Shown here piece by piece: positions 1-16,479 of a DNA stretch of 64,000 nt. This DNA is from Eledone cirrhosa (taxonomy: Eukaryota): assembly GCA_964016885.1 (NCBI GenBank), contig OZ024744.1:28086001-28150000 (forward strand). The letters run 5' to 3'. Both the position numbers and the translations under genes were made by a program. Each line of letters opens with the position of its first letter. Position 1 is the stretch's first letter. Below the pieces are notes generated by a model. That model searched no databases, was not told the DNA's origin, and saw only the letters and a program-made list of their open reading frames with translations.

Positions 1-3000
1 AGAACAACAACAACCACAGTGACAATAACAGTTATAACAGTGACAACAACAACAATGACAATAAAAGTGATAACAGCGACAACAACAACAACAATGACAA
101 TAACAGTTATATCAGCGACAACAACACCAATAACAACAACAGTTATAACAGCGACAACAACAACAACATTGACAATAACAGTGATAACAGAGACAACAAC
201 AACAACAATGCCAATAACAGTTATAACAGCGACAACAACAACAGAACAATAAAAGTGATAACAGCGACAACAACAACAACAAAACAACAACAGTGACAAT
301 AACAGTGACAACAACAACAACAGTGACAACAACAGTTATTACAGCGACAACAACAAAAACAACAATGACAATAACAGTTATAAAAGCGACAACAACAACA
401 AGGACAATAACAGTGATAACAGCGAGAACAACAACAACAACAGTGACATTAACAGTTATAACAGCGACAACAACAACAACAACATTGACCATAACAGTGA
501 TAACAGCGAGAACAACAACAACAACAATGACAATAACAGTGATAACAGCGACAACAACAACAACGTCAATGACAGTTGTAACAGCGACAACAACAACAAC
601 AGTGACAATAACAGTTATAACAGCGACAACAACAGTGACAATAACAGTTATAACAGCGACAACAACAACAGTGACAACAACATTTATAACAGCGACAACA
701 ACAAAAACAATAATGACAATAACAGTTATAACAGCGACAACAACAACAAGGACAATAATAGTTATAACAGCGAGAACAACAACAACAGTAACTAATAACA
801 GTTATATCACCGACAGCAACAACAACAGTGACAATAACAGTTATAACAGCGACAACAACAGTGACAATAACAGTTATAACAGCGACAACAGCAGTGACAA
901 TAACAGTGATAACAGACAGAACAACAACAACAACGATCACGATGACAGTGATAACAGCGAGAACAACAACAACAACAGTGAGAATAACAGTTATAACAGC
1001 GACAACAGCAACAGTGACAATAACAGTTATAACAGCGACAACAACAACAGTGACAATAAGAGTTATAACAGCGACAACAACAACAGTGACAAGAACAGTG
1101 ATAACAGCGACAACAAAAACAACAGTGGGAATAACATTTATAACAGTGACAACAACAACAGTGTCAATAACAGTGATGACAGCGACAACAACAACAAAAG
1201 TGACAGTAACAGTGATAACAGCGACAATAACAACAACAATGACAATAACAGTGATAACAGCGAGAACAACAACAACAGTGACATTAACAGTTATAACAGC
1301 GACAACAACAACAACAGTGACCATAACAGTGATAACAGCGAGAACAACAACATCAACAATGACAATAACAGTGATAACAGCGACAACAACAACAACAACA
1401 ACAACAACAATTACAGTTGTAACAGCGACAACAACAACAACAGTGACAATAACAGTTATAACAGCGACAACAACAGTGACAATAACAGTGATAACAGCGA
1501 CAACAACAACAACAGTGACAATAACAGTGATAACAGCGATAACAACAACAACAACAACAACAGTGACTATAACAGTTATAACAGCGACAACAACATCAAC
1601 AGCGACAACAACAACAAAAACAATGACAATAACAGTGATAACAGCGACAACAACAACAATAACAGTGACAATAACAGCGATGACAGCGACAACCGCAACA
1701 ACAACATTGACAATAACACTAATAACAGCGACAACAGCAGTGAAAATAACAGTGATAACAGCCAGAACAACAACAACAACGATCACGATGACAGTGATAA
1801 CAGCGACAACAACAACAACAACAGTGACAATAACAGTGATAACAGCGACAAAAACAACAACAACAGTGACAATAAGCATGATAACAACGACACTAACAAC
1901 AACAACAGCGACAATAACAGTGATGACAACGACGACAACAACAACAAAACAACAACAGTGACAATAACAGCGACAACAACAACACCACTGACAACAACAG
2001 TGATAACAGCGACAACAACAACAACAGTGTCAATAACAGTGATAACAGCTACAACAACAACAACAACAACAACAACAGTGACAATAACAATTATAACAGC
2101 AACAACAACAACAGTGACAATAACAGTTATAACAGCGACAACAACAACAACAGTGACAATAATAACAGTGACAATAACAGTGATAACAGCGAGAACAACA
2201 ACAACCACAGTGACAATAACAGTTATAACAGTGACAACATCAACAATGACAATAACAGTGATAACAGCGACAACAACAACAACAATGACAATAACAGTTA
2301 TAACACCGACAACAACACCAATAACAACAACAGTTATAACAGCGACAACAACAACAACAGTGACAATAACAGTGATAACAGAGACAACAACAACAACAAT
2401 GCCAATAACAGTTATAGCTGCGACAACAACAGAACAATAAAAGTGATAACAGCGACAACAACAACAACAAAACAACAACAGTGACAATAACAGTGACAAC
2501 AACAACAACAGTGACAACAACAGTTATAACAGCGACAACAACAAAAACAACAATGACAATAACAGTTATAACAGCGACAACAACAACAAGGACAATAACA
2601 GTGATAACAGCGAGAACAACAACAACAGTGACATTAACAGTTATAACAGCGACAACAACAACAACAACAGTGACCATAACAGTGGTAACAGCGAGAACAA
2701 CAACAACAACAATGACAATAACAGTGATAACAGCGACAACAACAACAACAACAATGACAGTTGTAACAGCGACAACAACAACAACAGTGACAATAACAGT
2801 TATAACAGCGACAACAACAGTGACAATAACAGTTATAACAGCGACAACAACAACAGTGACAACAACAGTTATAACAGCGACAACAACAAAAACAATAATG
2901 ACAATAACAGTTATAACAGCGACAACAACAACAAGGACAATAATAGTTATAACAGCGAGAACAACAACAACAGTAACTAATAACAGTTATATCACCGACA

Positions 3001-6000
3001 ACAACAACAACAACAGTGACAATAACAGTTATAACAGCGACAACAACAGTGACAATAACAGTTATAACAGCGACAACAGCAGTGACAATAACAGTGATAA
3101 CAGACAGAACAACAACAACAACGATCACGATGACAGTGATAACAGCGAGAACAACAACAACAACAGTGACAATAAGAGTAATTAACAGCGACAACAACAA
3201 CAGTGACAAGAACAGTGATAACAGCGACAAAACAACAGTGGGAATAACATTTATAACAGTGACAACAACAACAGTGACAATAACAGTGATGACAGCGACA
3301 ACAACAACAAAAGTGACAGTAACAGTGATAACAGCGACAATAACAACAACAATGACAATAACAGTGATAACAGCGAGAACAACAACAACAGTGACATTAA
3401 CAGTTATAACAGCGACAACAACAACAACAGTGACCATAACAGTGATAACAGCGAGAACAACAACATCAACAATGACAATAACAGTGATAACAGCGACAAC
3501 AACAACACCAACAACAACAACAACAATTACAGTTGTAACAGCGACAACAACAACAACAGTGACAATAACAGTGATAACAGCGACAACAACAACAACAACA
3601 GTGACAATAACAGTGATAACAGCGATGACAACAACAACAACAACAACAACAGTGACTATAACAGTTATAACAGCGACAACAACACCAACAGCGACAACAA
3701 CAACAAAAACAATGACAATAACAGTGATAACAGCGACAACAACAACAACAACAGTGACAATAACAGTGATAACAGCGATGACAACAACAACAACAACAAC
3801 AACAGTGACCATAACAGTTATAACAGCGACAACAACATCAACAGCGACAACAACAGTGATAACAGCGACAACAACAACAATAACAGTGACAATAACAGCG
3901 ATAACAGCGACAACCGCAACAACAACATTGACAATAACACTAATAACAGCGACAACAGCAGTGAAAATAACAGTGATAACAGCCAGAACAACAACAACGA
4001 TCACGACGACAGTGATAACAGCGACAACAACAACAACAGTGACAATAACAGTGATAACAGCGACAACAACAACAACAAAGTGACAATAACAGTGATAACA
4101 GCGAGAGCAACAACAACAACAACAACAACAGTGACAATAACAGTTATAACAGCGACAATAACAAAAACAATGACAATAACAGTGATAACAGCGACAACAA
4201 CAACAACAACATCAATTACAATAACAGTGATAAAAGCGACAACAACAACAACAGTGACAATAACAGTGATAACAGCGACAACAACAACAATAACAGTGAC
4301 AATAATAGTGATAACAGCGACAATAACAACAACAATGACAATACCAGTGATAACAGCGACACGAACAACAACAACAATGACAATAACAGTGATAACAGCG
4401 ACAACAGCAGTGACAATAACAGTGATAAAAGCGACAACAACAACAGTGACAATAACAGTGATAACATCGACAACAACAACAAGATTGACAATAACAGTGA
4501 TAACAGCGACAACAACAACAGTGACAATAACAGTGATGACAGCGACAACAGCAGTGAAAATAACAGTGATAACAGCCAGAACAACAACAACGATCACGAT
4601 GACAGTGATAACAGCGACAACAACAACAGTGACAATAACAGTGATAACAGCGACATCAACAACAACAGTGACAATTACAGTGATAACAACGAGAACAACA
4701 ACAACAACAGTGACAATAACAGTGATAACAGCGAGAACAACAACAACAGTGACAATAACAGTTATAACAGCGACAATAACAACAACAATGACAATAACAG
4801 TGATAACAGCGACAACAACAACAACAACATCAATGACAATAACAGTGATAAAGGCGACAACAACAACAACAGTGACAATTACAGTGATAACAGCGACAAC
4901 AACAACAACATTGACAATAACAGTGATAACAGCGACAACAACAACAACATTGACAATAATAGTGATAACAGCGACAATAACAACAACAATGACAATACCA
5001 GTGATAACAGCGACACGAACAACAACAACAATTAAAATAACAGTGATAACAGCGAGAACAACAACAACAGTGACATTAACAGTTATAACAGCGACAACAA
5101 CAACAACAACAGTGACCATAACAGTGTTAACAGCGAGAACAACAACAACAACAATGACAATAACAGTGATAACAGCGACAACAACAATAACAACAATGAC
5201 AGTTGTAACAGCGACAACAACAACAACAACAGTGACAATAACAGTTAAAACAGCGACAACAACAGTGACAATAACAGTTATAACAGCGACAACAACAACA
5301 GTGACAATAACAGTGATAACAGCGACAACAACAACAACAACAATGACAATAACACCGATAACAGCGACAACAACAACAACAACAACAACAACAGTCACAA
5401 TAACAGTGATAACAGCGATAACAACAAAAACAACAACAGTGACCATAACAGTTATAACAGCGACAACAACAACAACAGCGACAACAACAACAACAACAAA
5501 AACAATTACAATAACAGTGATAACAGTGACAACGACAACAACAGTGACAATAACAGCGATAACAGCGACAACAACAATAACAATGACAATAACAGTGATA
5601 ACAGCGACAACCGCAACAACAACAGTGACAATAACAGTGATAACAGCGACAACAGCAGTGACAATAACAGTGATAACAGCCAGAACAACAACAACGATCA
5701 CGATGACAGTGATAACAGCGACAACAACAACAACAGTGACAATAACAGTGATAACAGCGACAACAACAACAACAATGACAATAACAGTGATAACAGCGAC
5801 AACTGCAACAACAACAGTGACATTACAGTTATAACAGCGACAACAGCAGTGACAATAACAGTGATAACAGCGACAACAACAACAACAGTGACGATAACAG
5901 TGAAAACAGCGACAACAACAACAACAATGACAATAACAGTGATAACAGGGACAACAATGACAGTAACAGTTATAACAGCGACAACAACAACAGTGACAAT

Positions 6001-9000
6001 AACAGTTATAACAGCGACAACAACAACAACAGTGACAATAATAACAGTGACAATAACAGTGATAACAGCGAGAACAACAACAACCACAGTGACAATAACA
6101 GTTATAACAGTGACAACATCAACAATGACAATAACAGTGATAACAGCGACAACAACAACAACAATGACAATAACAGTTATAACACCGACAACAACACCAA
6201 TAACAACAACAGTTATAACAGCGACAACAACAACAACAGTGACAATAACAGTGATAACAGAGACAACAACAACAACAATGCCAATAACAGTTATAGCTGC
6301 GACAACAACAACAGAACAATAAAAGTGATAACAGCGACAACAACAAAACAACAACAGTGACAATAACAGTGACAACAACAACAACAGTGACAACAACAGT
6401 TATAACAGCGACAACAACAAAAACAACAATGACAATAACAGTTATAACAGCGACAACAACAACAAGGACAATAACAGTGATAACAGCGAGAACAACAACA
6501 ACAGTGACATTAACAGTTATAACAGCGACAACAACAACAACAACAGTGACCATAACAGTGATAACAGCGAGAACAACAACAACAACAATGACAATAACAG
6601 TGATAACAGCGACAACAACAACAACAACAATGACAGTTGTAACAGCGACAACAACAACAACAGTGACAATAACAGTTATAACAGCGACAACAACAGTGAC
6701 AATAACAGTTATAACAGCGACAACAACAACAGTGACAACAACAGTTATAACAGCGACAACAACAAAAACAATAATGACAATAACAGTTATAACAGCGACA
6801 ACAACAACAAGGACAATAATAGTTATAACAGCGAGAACAACAACAACAGTAACTAATAACAGTTATATCACCGACAACAACAACAACAACAGTGACAATA
6901 ACAGTTATAACAGCGACAACAACAGTGACAATAACAGTTATAACAGCGACAACAGCAGTGACAATAACAGTGATAACAGACAGAACAACAACAACAACGA
7001 TCACGATGACAGTGATAACAGCGAGAACAACAACAACAACAGTGAGAATAAGAGTTATAACAGCGACAACAGCAACAGTGACAATAACAGTTATAACAGC
7101 GACAACAACAACAGTGACAATAAGAGTTATAACAGCGACAACAACAACAGTGACAAGAACAGTGATAACAGCGACAAAACAACAGTGGGAATAACATTTA
7201 TAACAGTGACAACAACAACAGTGACAATAACAGTGATGACAGCGACAACAACAACAAAAGTGACAGTAACAGTGATAACAGCGACAATAACAACAACAAT
7301 GACAATAACAGTGATAACAGCGAGAACAACAACAACAGTGACATTAACAGTTATAACAGCGACAACAACAACAACAGTGACCATAACAGTGATAACAGCG
7401 AGAACAACAACATCAACAATGACAATAACAGTGATAACAGCGACAACAACAACACCAACAACAACAACAACAACAATTACAGTTGTAACAGCGACAACAA
7501 CAACAACAGTGACAATAACAGTGATAACAGCGACAACAACAACAACAACAGTGACAATAACAGTGATAACAGCGATGACAACAACAACAACAACAACAAC
7601 AGTGACTATAACAGTTATAACAGCGACAACAACACCAACAGCGACAACAACACCAACAGCGACAACAACAACAAAAACAATGACAATAACAGTGATAACA
7701 GCGACAACAACAACAATAACAGTGACAATAACAGCGATAACAGCGACAACCGCAACAACAACATTGACAATAACACTAATAACAGCGACAACAGCAGTGA
7801 AAATAACAGTGATAACAGCCAGAACAACAACAACGATCACGACGACAGTGATAACAGCGACAACAACAACAGTGACAATAACAGTGATAACAGCGACAAC
7901 AACAACAACAACAGTGACAATAATAGTGATAACAGCGACAATAACAACAACAATGACAATACCAGTGATAACAGCGACACGAACAACAACAACAATGACA
8001 ATAACAGTTATAACAGCGACAACAGCAGTGACAATAACAGTGATAACAGCGACAAAAACAACAACAACAGTGACAATAAGCATGATAACAACGACAACAA
8101 CAACAACAGCGACAATAACAGTGATGACAACGACGACAACAACAACAAAACAACAACAGTGACAATAACAGCGACAACAACAACACCACTGACAACAACA
8201 GTGATAACAGCGACAACAACAACAACAGTGTCAATAACAGTGATAACAGCTACAACAACAACAACAGTGACAATAACAATTATAACAGCAACAACAACAA
8301 CAGTGACAATAACAGTTATAACAGCGACAACAACAACAACAATGACAATAATAACAGTGACAATAACAGTGATAACAGCGAGAACAACAACAACCACAGT
8401 GACAATAATAGTTATAACAGTGACAACATCAACATTGAGAATAACAGTGATAACAGCGACAACAACAACGACAATGACAATAACAGTTATAACAGCGACA
8501 ACAACACCAATAACAACAACAGTTATAACAGCGACAACAACAACAACAGTGACAATAACAGTGATAACAGAGACAACAACAACAACAATGCCAATAACAG
8601 TTATAGCTGCGACAACAACAACAGAACAATAAAAGTGATAACAGCGACAACAACAACAACAAAACAACAACAGTGACAATAACAGTGACAACAACAGTTA
8701 TAACAGCGACAACAACAAAAACAACAATGACAATAACAGTTATAACAGCGACAACAACAACAAGGACAATAATAGTTATAACAGCGAGAACAACAACAAC
8801 AGTAACTAATAACAGTTATATCACCGACAGCAACAACAACAACAATGACAATAACAGTTATAACAGCGACAACAGCAGTGACAATAACAGTTAAACAGCG
8901 ACAACAGCAGTGACAATAACAGTGATAACAGCCAGAACAACAACAACAACGATCACGATGACAGTGATAAGAGCGACAACAACAACAACAACAGTGAGAA

Positions 9001-9150
9001 TAACAGTTATAACAGCGACAACAACAACAGTCAAAAGAACAGTTATGACAGCGACAAGAACAACAACAGTGACAATAACATTTATAACAGTGACAACAAC
9101 AACAGTGACAATAACAGTGATAACAGCGACAACAACAACAACAACAAAGT
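1..9150. repeat. Type-A sub-HOR units (~1.9-2.3 kb), interrupted by a type-B block at ~4080-6000
   Basis: Landmark GAACAATAAAAGTG has its TAA ending at 252, 2440, 6322 and 8632. Landmark GTAACTAATAACAGTTATATCACCGAC starts at 788, 2973, 6849 and 8802. The offsets of the first landmark are 2,188, 3,882 and 2,310. Confidence 0.8.
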
Positions 9151-12100
9151 GACAATTACAGTGATAACAGCGAGAACAACAACAACAGTGACAATAACAG
9201 TGATAACAGCGAGAGCAACAACAACAACAACAACAACAGTGACAATAACAGTTATAACAGCGACAATAACAAAAACAATGACAATAACAGTGATAACAGC
9301 GACAACAACAACAACAACATCAATTACAATAACAGTGATAAAAGCGACAACAACAACAACAGTGACAATAACAGTGATAACAGCGACAACAACAACAACA
9401 ACAACAGTGACAATAATAGTGATAACAGCGACAATAACAACAACAATGACAATACCAGTGATAACAGCGACACGAACAACAACAACAATGACAATAACAG
9501 TGATAACAGCGACAACAACAGTGACAATAACAGTGATAACAGCGACAACAACAACAGTGACAATAACAGTTATAACAGGGACAACAACAACAACAGTGAC
9601 AATAACATTTATAACAGTGACAACAACAACAGTGACAATAACAGTGATAACAGCGACAACAACAGTGACAATAACAGTGATAACAGCGACAATAACAACA
9701 ACAATGGCAATAACAGTGATAACCGCGAGAACAACAACAACAACAGTGACATTAACAGTTATAACAGCGACAACAACAACAGTGACCATAACAGTGATAA
9801 CAGCGAGAACAACAACAACAACAATGACAATAACAGTGATAACAGCGAAAACAACAACAACAACAACAACAATGACAGTTGTAACAGCGACAACAACAAC
9901 AGTGACAATAACAGTTATAACAGCGACAACAACAGTGACAATAACAGTGATAACAGCGACAACAACAACAACAATGACAATAACAGCGATAACAGCGACA
10001 ACAACAACAACAGTGACAATAACAGTGATAACAGCGATAACAACAACAACAACAGTAACTATAACAGTTATAACAGCGACAACAACAACAACAGCGACAA
10101 CAACAACAAAAACAATGACAATAACAGTGATAACAGCGACGACAACAACAACAACAGTGACAATAACAGCGATAACAGCGACAACAACAACAACAATGAC
10201 AATAACAGTGATAACAGCGACAACCGCAACAACAACAGTGACAATAACAGTGATGACAGCGACAACAGCAGTGAAAATAACAGTGATAACAGCCAGAACA
10301 ACAACAACGATCACGATGACAGTGAAAACAGCGACAACAACAACAGTGACAATAACAGTGATAACAGCGACATCAACAACAACAGTGACAATTACAGTGA
10401 TAACAACGAGAACAACAACAACAACAGTGACAATAACAGTGATAACAGCGAGAACAACAACAACAACAACAGTGACAATAACAGTTATAACAGCGACAAT
10501 AACAACAACAATGACAATAACAGTGATAACAGCGACAACAACAACAACAACATCAATGACAATAACAGTGATAAAGGCGACAACAACAACAACAGTGACA
10601 ATAACAGTGATAACAGCGACAACAACAACAACATTGACAATAACAGTGATAACAGCGACAACAACAACAACATTGACAATAATAGTGATAACAGCGACAA
10701 TAACAACAACAATGACAATACCAGTGATAACAGCGACACGAACAACAACAACAATTAAAATAACAGTGATAACAGCGAGAACAACAACAACAACAGTGAC
10801 ATTAACAGTTATAACAGCGACAACAACAATAACAACAATGACAGTTGTAACAGCGACAACAACAACAACAACAGTGACAATAACAGTTAAAACAGCGACA
10901 ACAACAGTGACAATAACAGTTATAACAGCGACAACAACAACAGTGACAATAACAGTGATAACAGCGACAACAACAACAACAACAATGACAATAACACCGA
11001 TAACAGCGACAACAACAACAAAAACAACAACAACAGTCACAATAACAGTGATAACAGCGATAACAACAAAAACAACAACAGTGACCATAACAGTTATAAC
11101 AGCGACAACAACAACAACAGCGACAACAACAACAACAACAAAAACAATTACAATAACAGTGATAACAGTGACAACGACAACAACAGTGACAATAACAGCG
11201 ATAACAGCGACAACAACAATAACAATGACAATAACAGTGATAACAGCGACAACCGCAACAACAACAGTGACAATAACAGTGATAACAGCGACAACAGCAG
11301 TGACAATAACAGTGATAACAGCCAGAACAACAACAACGATCACGATGACAGTGATAACAGCGACAACAACAACAACAGTGACAATAACAGTGATAACAGC
11401 GACAACAACAACAACAATGACAATAACAGTGATAACAGCGACAACTGCAACAACAACAGTGACATTACAGTTATAACAGCGACAACAGCAGTGACAATAA
11501 CAGTGATAACAGCGACAACAACAACAACAGTGACGATAACAGTGAAAACAGCGACAACAACAACAACAATGACAATAACAGTGATAACAGGGACAACAAT
11601 GACAGTAACAGTTATAACAGCGACAACAATGACAATAACAGTGATAACAGCGACAACAACAACAACAGTGACGATAACAGTGAAAACAGCGACAACAACA
11701 ACAACAATGACAATAACAGTGATAGCAGGGACAACAATGACAGTAACAGTTATAACAGCGAAAACAATGACAATAACAGTGATAACAGCGACAACAACAA
11801 CAACAGTGACAATAACAGTTATAACAGGGACAACAACAACAGCAGTGACAATAACAGTTATAACAGCGACAACAACAACAGTGAAAATAACAGTGATAAC
11901 AGCGACAACAAAAACAACAGTGACAATAACATTTATAACAGTGACAACAACAACAGTGACAATAACAGTGGTAACAGCGACAACAACAACAACAGTGACA
12001 ATAACAACAACAATGGCAATAACAGTGATAACAGCGAGAACAACAACAACAACAGTGACATTAACAGTTATAACAGCGACAACAACAACAACAACAATGA

Positions 12101-15100
12101 CAATAACAGTGATAACAGCGACAACAACAACAATGACAGTTGTAACAGCGACAACAACAACAGTGACAATAACAGTTATAACAGCGACAACAACAGTGAC
12201 AATAACAGTGATAACAGCGACAACAACAACAACAATGACAATAACAGCGATAACAGCGACAACAAAAACAACAGTGACAATAACAGTGATAACAGCGATA
12301 ACAACAACAACAACAACAACCGTGACCATAACAGTTATAACAGCGACAACAACAACAACAGCGACAACAACAACAAAAACAATGACTATAACAGTGATAA
12401 CAGCGACAACAGCAACAACAACAGTGACAATAACAGCGATAACAGCGACAACAACAACAACAATGACAATAACAGTGATAACAGCGACAACCGCAACAAC
12501 GACAGTGACATTACAGTTATAACAGCGACAATGACAATAACAGTTATAACAGCGACAACAACAACATCAATGACAATAACAGTGATAACAGGGACAACAA
12601 TGACCGTAACAGTTATAACAGCGACAACAATGACAATAACAGTGATAACAGCGACAACAACAACAACAACAGTGACAATAACAGTGATAACAGCGACAAC
12701 AACAACAGTGACAATAACAGTTATAACAGGGACAACAACAACAGTGACAATAACAGTTATAACAGCGACAACAACAACAGTGACAATAACAGCTATAACA
12801 GCGACAACAACAACAACAGTGACAATAACAGTGATAACAGCGACAACAAGAACAACAGTGACAATAACAGTGATAACAGCGACAACAACAACAACAACAA
12901 TGACAATAACAGCGATAACAGCGACAACAACAACAACAGTGACAATAACAGTGGTAACAGCGATAACAACAACAACAACAGTGACCATAACAGTTATAAC
13001 AGCGACAACAACAACAACAGCGACAACAACAGCAAAAACAATGACCATAACAGTGATAACAGCGACAACAACAACAACAACAGTGACAATAACAGCGATA
13101 ACAGCGACAACAACAACAACAATGACAATAACAGTGATAACAGCGACAACCGCAACAACAACAGTGACAATAACAGTGATAACAGCGACAACAGCAGTGA
13201 AAATAACAGTGATAACAGCCAGAACAACAACAACGATCACGATGACAGTGATAACAGCGACAACAACAACAACAACAGTGACAATTACAGTGATAACAGC
13301 GAGAACAACAACAACAACAGTGACAATAACAGTGATAACAGCGAGAACAACAACAACAACAGTGACAATAACAGTTATAACAGCGACAATGACAATAACA
13401 GTTATAACAGCGACAACAACAACATCAATGACAATAACAGTGATAAAAGCGACAACAACAACAACAGTGACAATAACAGTGATAACAGCGACAACAACAA
13501 CAACATTGACAATAACAGTGATAACAGCGACAACAACAACAACATTGACAATAATAGTGATAACAGCGACAATAACAACAACAATGACAATACCAGTGAT
13601 AACAGCGACACGAACAACAACAACAATGACAATAACAGTGATAACAGCGAGAACAACAACAGTGACATTGACAGTTATAACAGCGACAACAACAACAACA
13701 GTGACCATAACAGTGATAACAGCGAGAACAACAACAACAACAATGACAATAACAGTGATAACAGCGACAACAACAACAATGACAGTTGTAACAGCGACAA
13801 CAACAACAACAGTGACAATAACAGTTATAACAGCGACAACAACAGTGACAATAACAGTTATAACAGCGACAACAACAACAGTGACAATAACAGTGATAAC
13901 AGCGACAACAACAACAACAACAATGACAATAACACCGATAACAGCGACAACAACAACAACAACAACAGTCACAATAACAGTGATAACAGCGATAACAACA
14001 ACAGCAACAGTGACCAAAACAGTTATAACAGCGACAACAAAAACAACAACAGCGACAACAACAACAAAAACAATTACAATAACAGTGATAACAGTGACAA
14101 CAACAACAACAACAGTGACAATAACAGCGATAACAGCGACAACAACAACAACAATTACAACAACAGTGATAACAGCGACAACCGCAACAACAACAGTGAC
14201 AATAACAGTGATAACAGCGACAACAGCAGTGACAATAACAGTGATAACAGCCAGAACAACAACAACGATCACGATGACAGTGATAACAGCGACAACCGCA
14301 ACAACAACAGTGACATTACAGTTATAACAGCGACAACAACAGTGACAATAACAGTGATAACAGCGACAACAACAACAACAACAGTGACGATAACAGTGAA
14401 AACAGCGACAACAACAACAACAATGACAATAACAGTGATAACAGGGACAACAATGACAGTAACAGTTATAACAGCGACAACAATGACAATAACAGTGATA
14501 ACAGCGACAACAACAACAGTGACAATAACAGTGATAACAGCGACAACAACAACAGTGACAATAACAGTTATAACAGGGACAACAACAACAACAGTGACAA
14601 TAACATTTATAACAGTGACAACAACAACAGTGACAATAACAGTGATAACAGCGACAACAACAGTGACAATAACAGTGATAACAGCGACAATAACAACAAC
14701 AATGGCAATAACAGTGATAACCGCGAGAACAACAACAACAGTGACATTAACAGTTATAACAGCGACAACAACAACAGTGACCATAACAGTGATAACAGCG
14801 AGAACAACAACAACAACAATGACAATAACAGTGATAACAGCGAAAACAACAACAACAACAACAACAACAATGACAGTTGTAACAGCGACAACAACAACAG
14901 TGACAATAACAGTTATAACAGCGACAACAACAGTGACAATAACAGTGATAACAGCGACAACAACAACAACAATGACAATAACAGCGATAACAGCGACAAT
15001 AACAACAACAGTGACAATAACAGTGATAACAGCGATAACAACAACAACAACAGTAACTATAACAGTTATAACAGCGACAACAACAACAACAGCGACAACA

Positions 15101-16479
15101 ACAACAAAAACAATGACAATAACAGTGATAACAGCGAGAACAACAACAACAACAGTGACAATAACAGCGATAACAGCGACAACAACAACAACAATGACAA
15201 TAACAGTGATAACAGCGACAACCGCAACAACAACAGTGACAATAACAGTGATGACAGCGACAACAGCAGTGAAAATAACAGTGATAACTGCCAGAACAAC
15301 AACAACGATCACGATGACAGTGATAACAGCGACAACAACAACAACAGTGACAATAACAGTGATAACAGCGACATCAACAACAACAGTGACAATTACAGTG
15401 ATAACAACGAGAACAACAAAAACAACAGTGACAATAACAGTGATAACAGCGAGAACAACAACAACAACAACAACAGTGACAATAACAGTTATAACAGCGA
15501 CAATAACAACAACAATGACAATAACAGTGATAACAGCGACAACAACAACAACAACATCAATGACAATAACAGTGATAAAGGCGACAACAACAACAACAGT
15601 GACAATAACAGTGATAACAGCGACAACAACAACAACATTGACAATAACAGTGATAACAGCGACAACAACAACAACATTGACAATAATAGTGATAACAGCG
15701 ACAATAACAACAACAATGACAATACCAGTGATAACAGCGACACGAACAACAACAACAATTAAAATAACAGTGATAACAGCGAGAACAACAACAACAACAG
15801 TGACATTAACAGTTATAACAGCGACAACCACAACAACAACAGTGACCATAACAGTGTTAACAGCGAGAACAACAACAACAACAATGACAATAACAGTGAT
15901 AACAGCGACAACAACAATAACAACAATGACAGTTGTAACAGCGACAACAACAACAACAGTGACAATAACAGTTATAACAGCGACAACAACAGTGACAATA
16001 ACAGTTATAACAGCGACAACAACAACAGTGACAATAACAGTGATAACAGCGACAACAACAACAACAATGATAATAACACCGATAACAGCGACAACAACAA
16101 CAACAACAACAGTCACAATAACAGTGATAACAGCGATAACAACAAAAACAACAACAGTGACCATAACAGTTATAACAGCGACAACAACAACAACAGCGAC
16201 AACAACAACAACAACAAAAACAATTACAATAACAGTGATAACAGTGACAACGACAACAACAGTGACAATAACAGCGATAACAGCGACAACAACAATAACA
16301 ATGACAATAACAGTGATAACAGCGACAACCGCAACAACAACAGTGACAATAACAGTGATAACAGCGACAACAGCAGTGACAATAACAGTGATAACAGCCA
16401 GAACAACAACAACGATCACGATGACAGTGATAACAGCGACAACAACAACAACAGTGACAATAACAGTGATAACAGCGAC
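962..16479. repeat. 15.5-kb higher-order repeat, copy 1 (15,518 bp)
   Basis: GTGAGAATAACAGTTATAACAGCGACAACAGCAAC at 978 recurs at 16496 (offset 15,518). ORFs 2481/17999, 3016/18534 and 4080/19598 share this offset. ORFs 5849/21307, 6357/21815, 9149/24607, 11491/26949, 12531/27989 and 14342/29800 share offset 15,458, with apparently identical translations over the shared span. Confidence 0.93.
9150..16479. repeat. Type-B sub-HOR units (1-2.3 kb), mostly ending in GTGACATTACAGTTATAA
   Basis: Units end at 11476, 12522 and 14327. Region 9.5-11.4 kb closely matches 14.5-16.5 kb (shared ATAACCGCGAGA, GTAACTATA, ATAAAGGCG and ATTAAAATA variants). Confidence 0.8.
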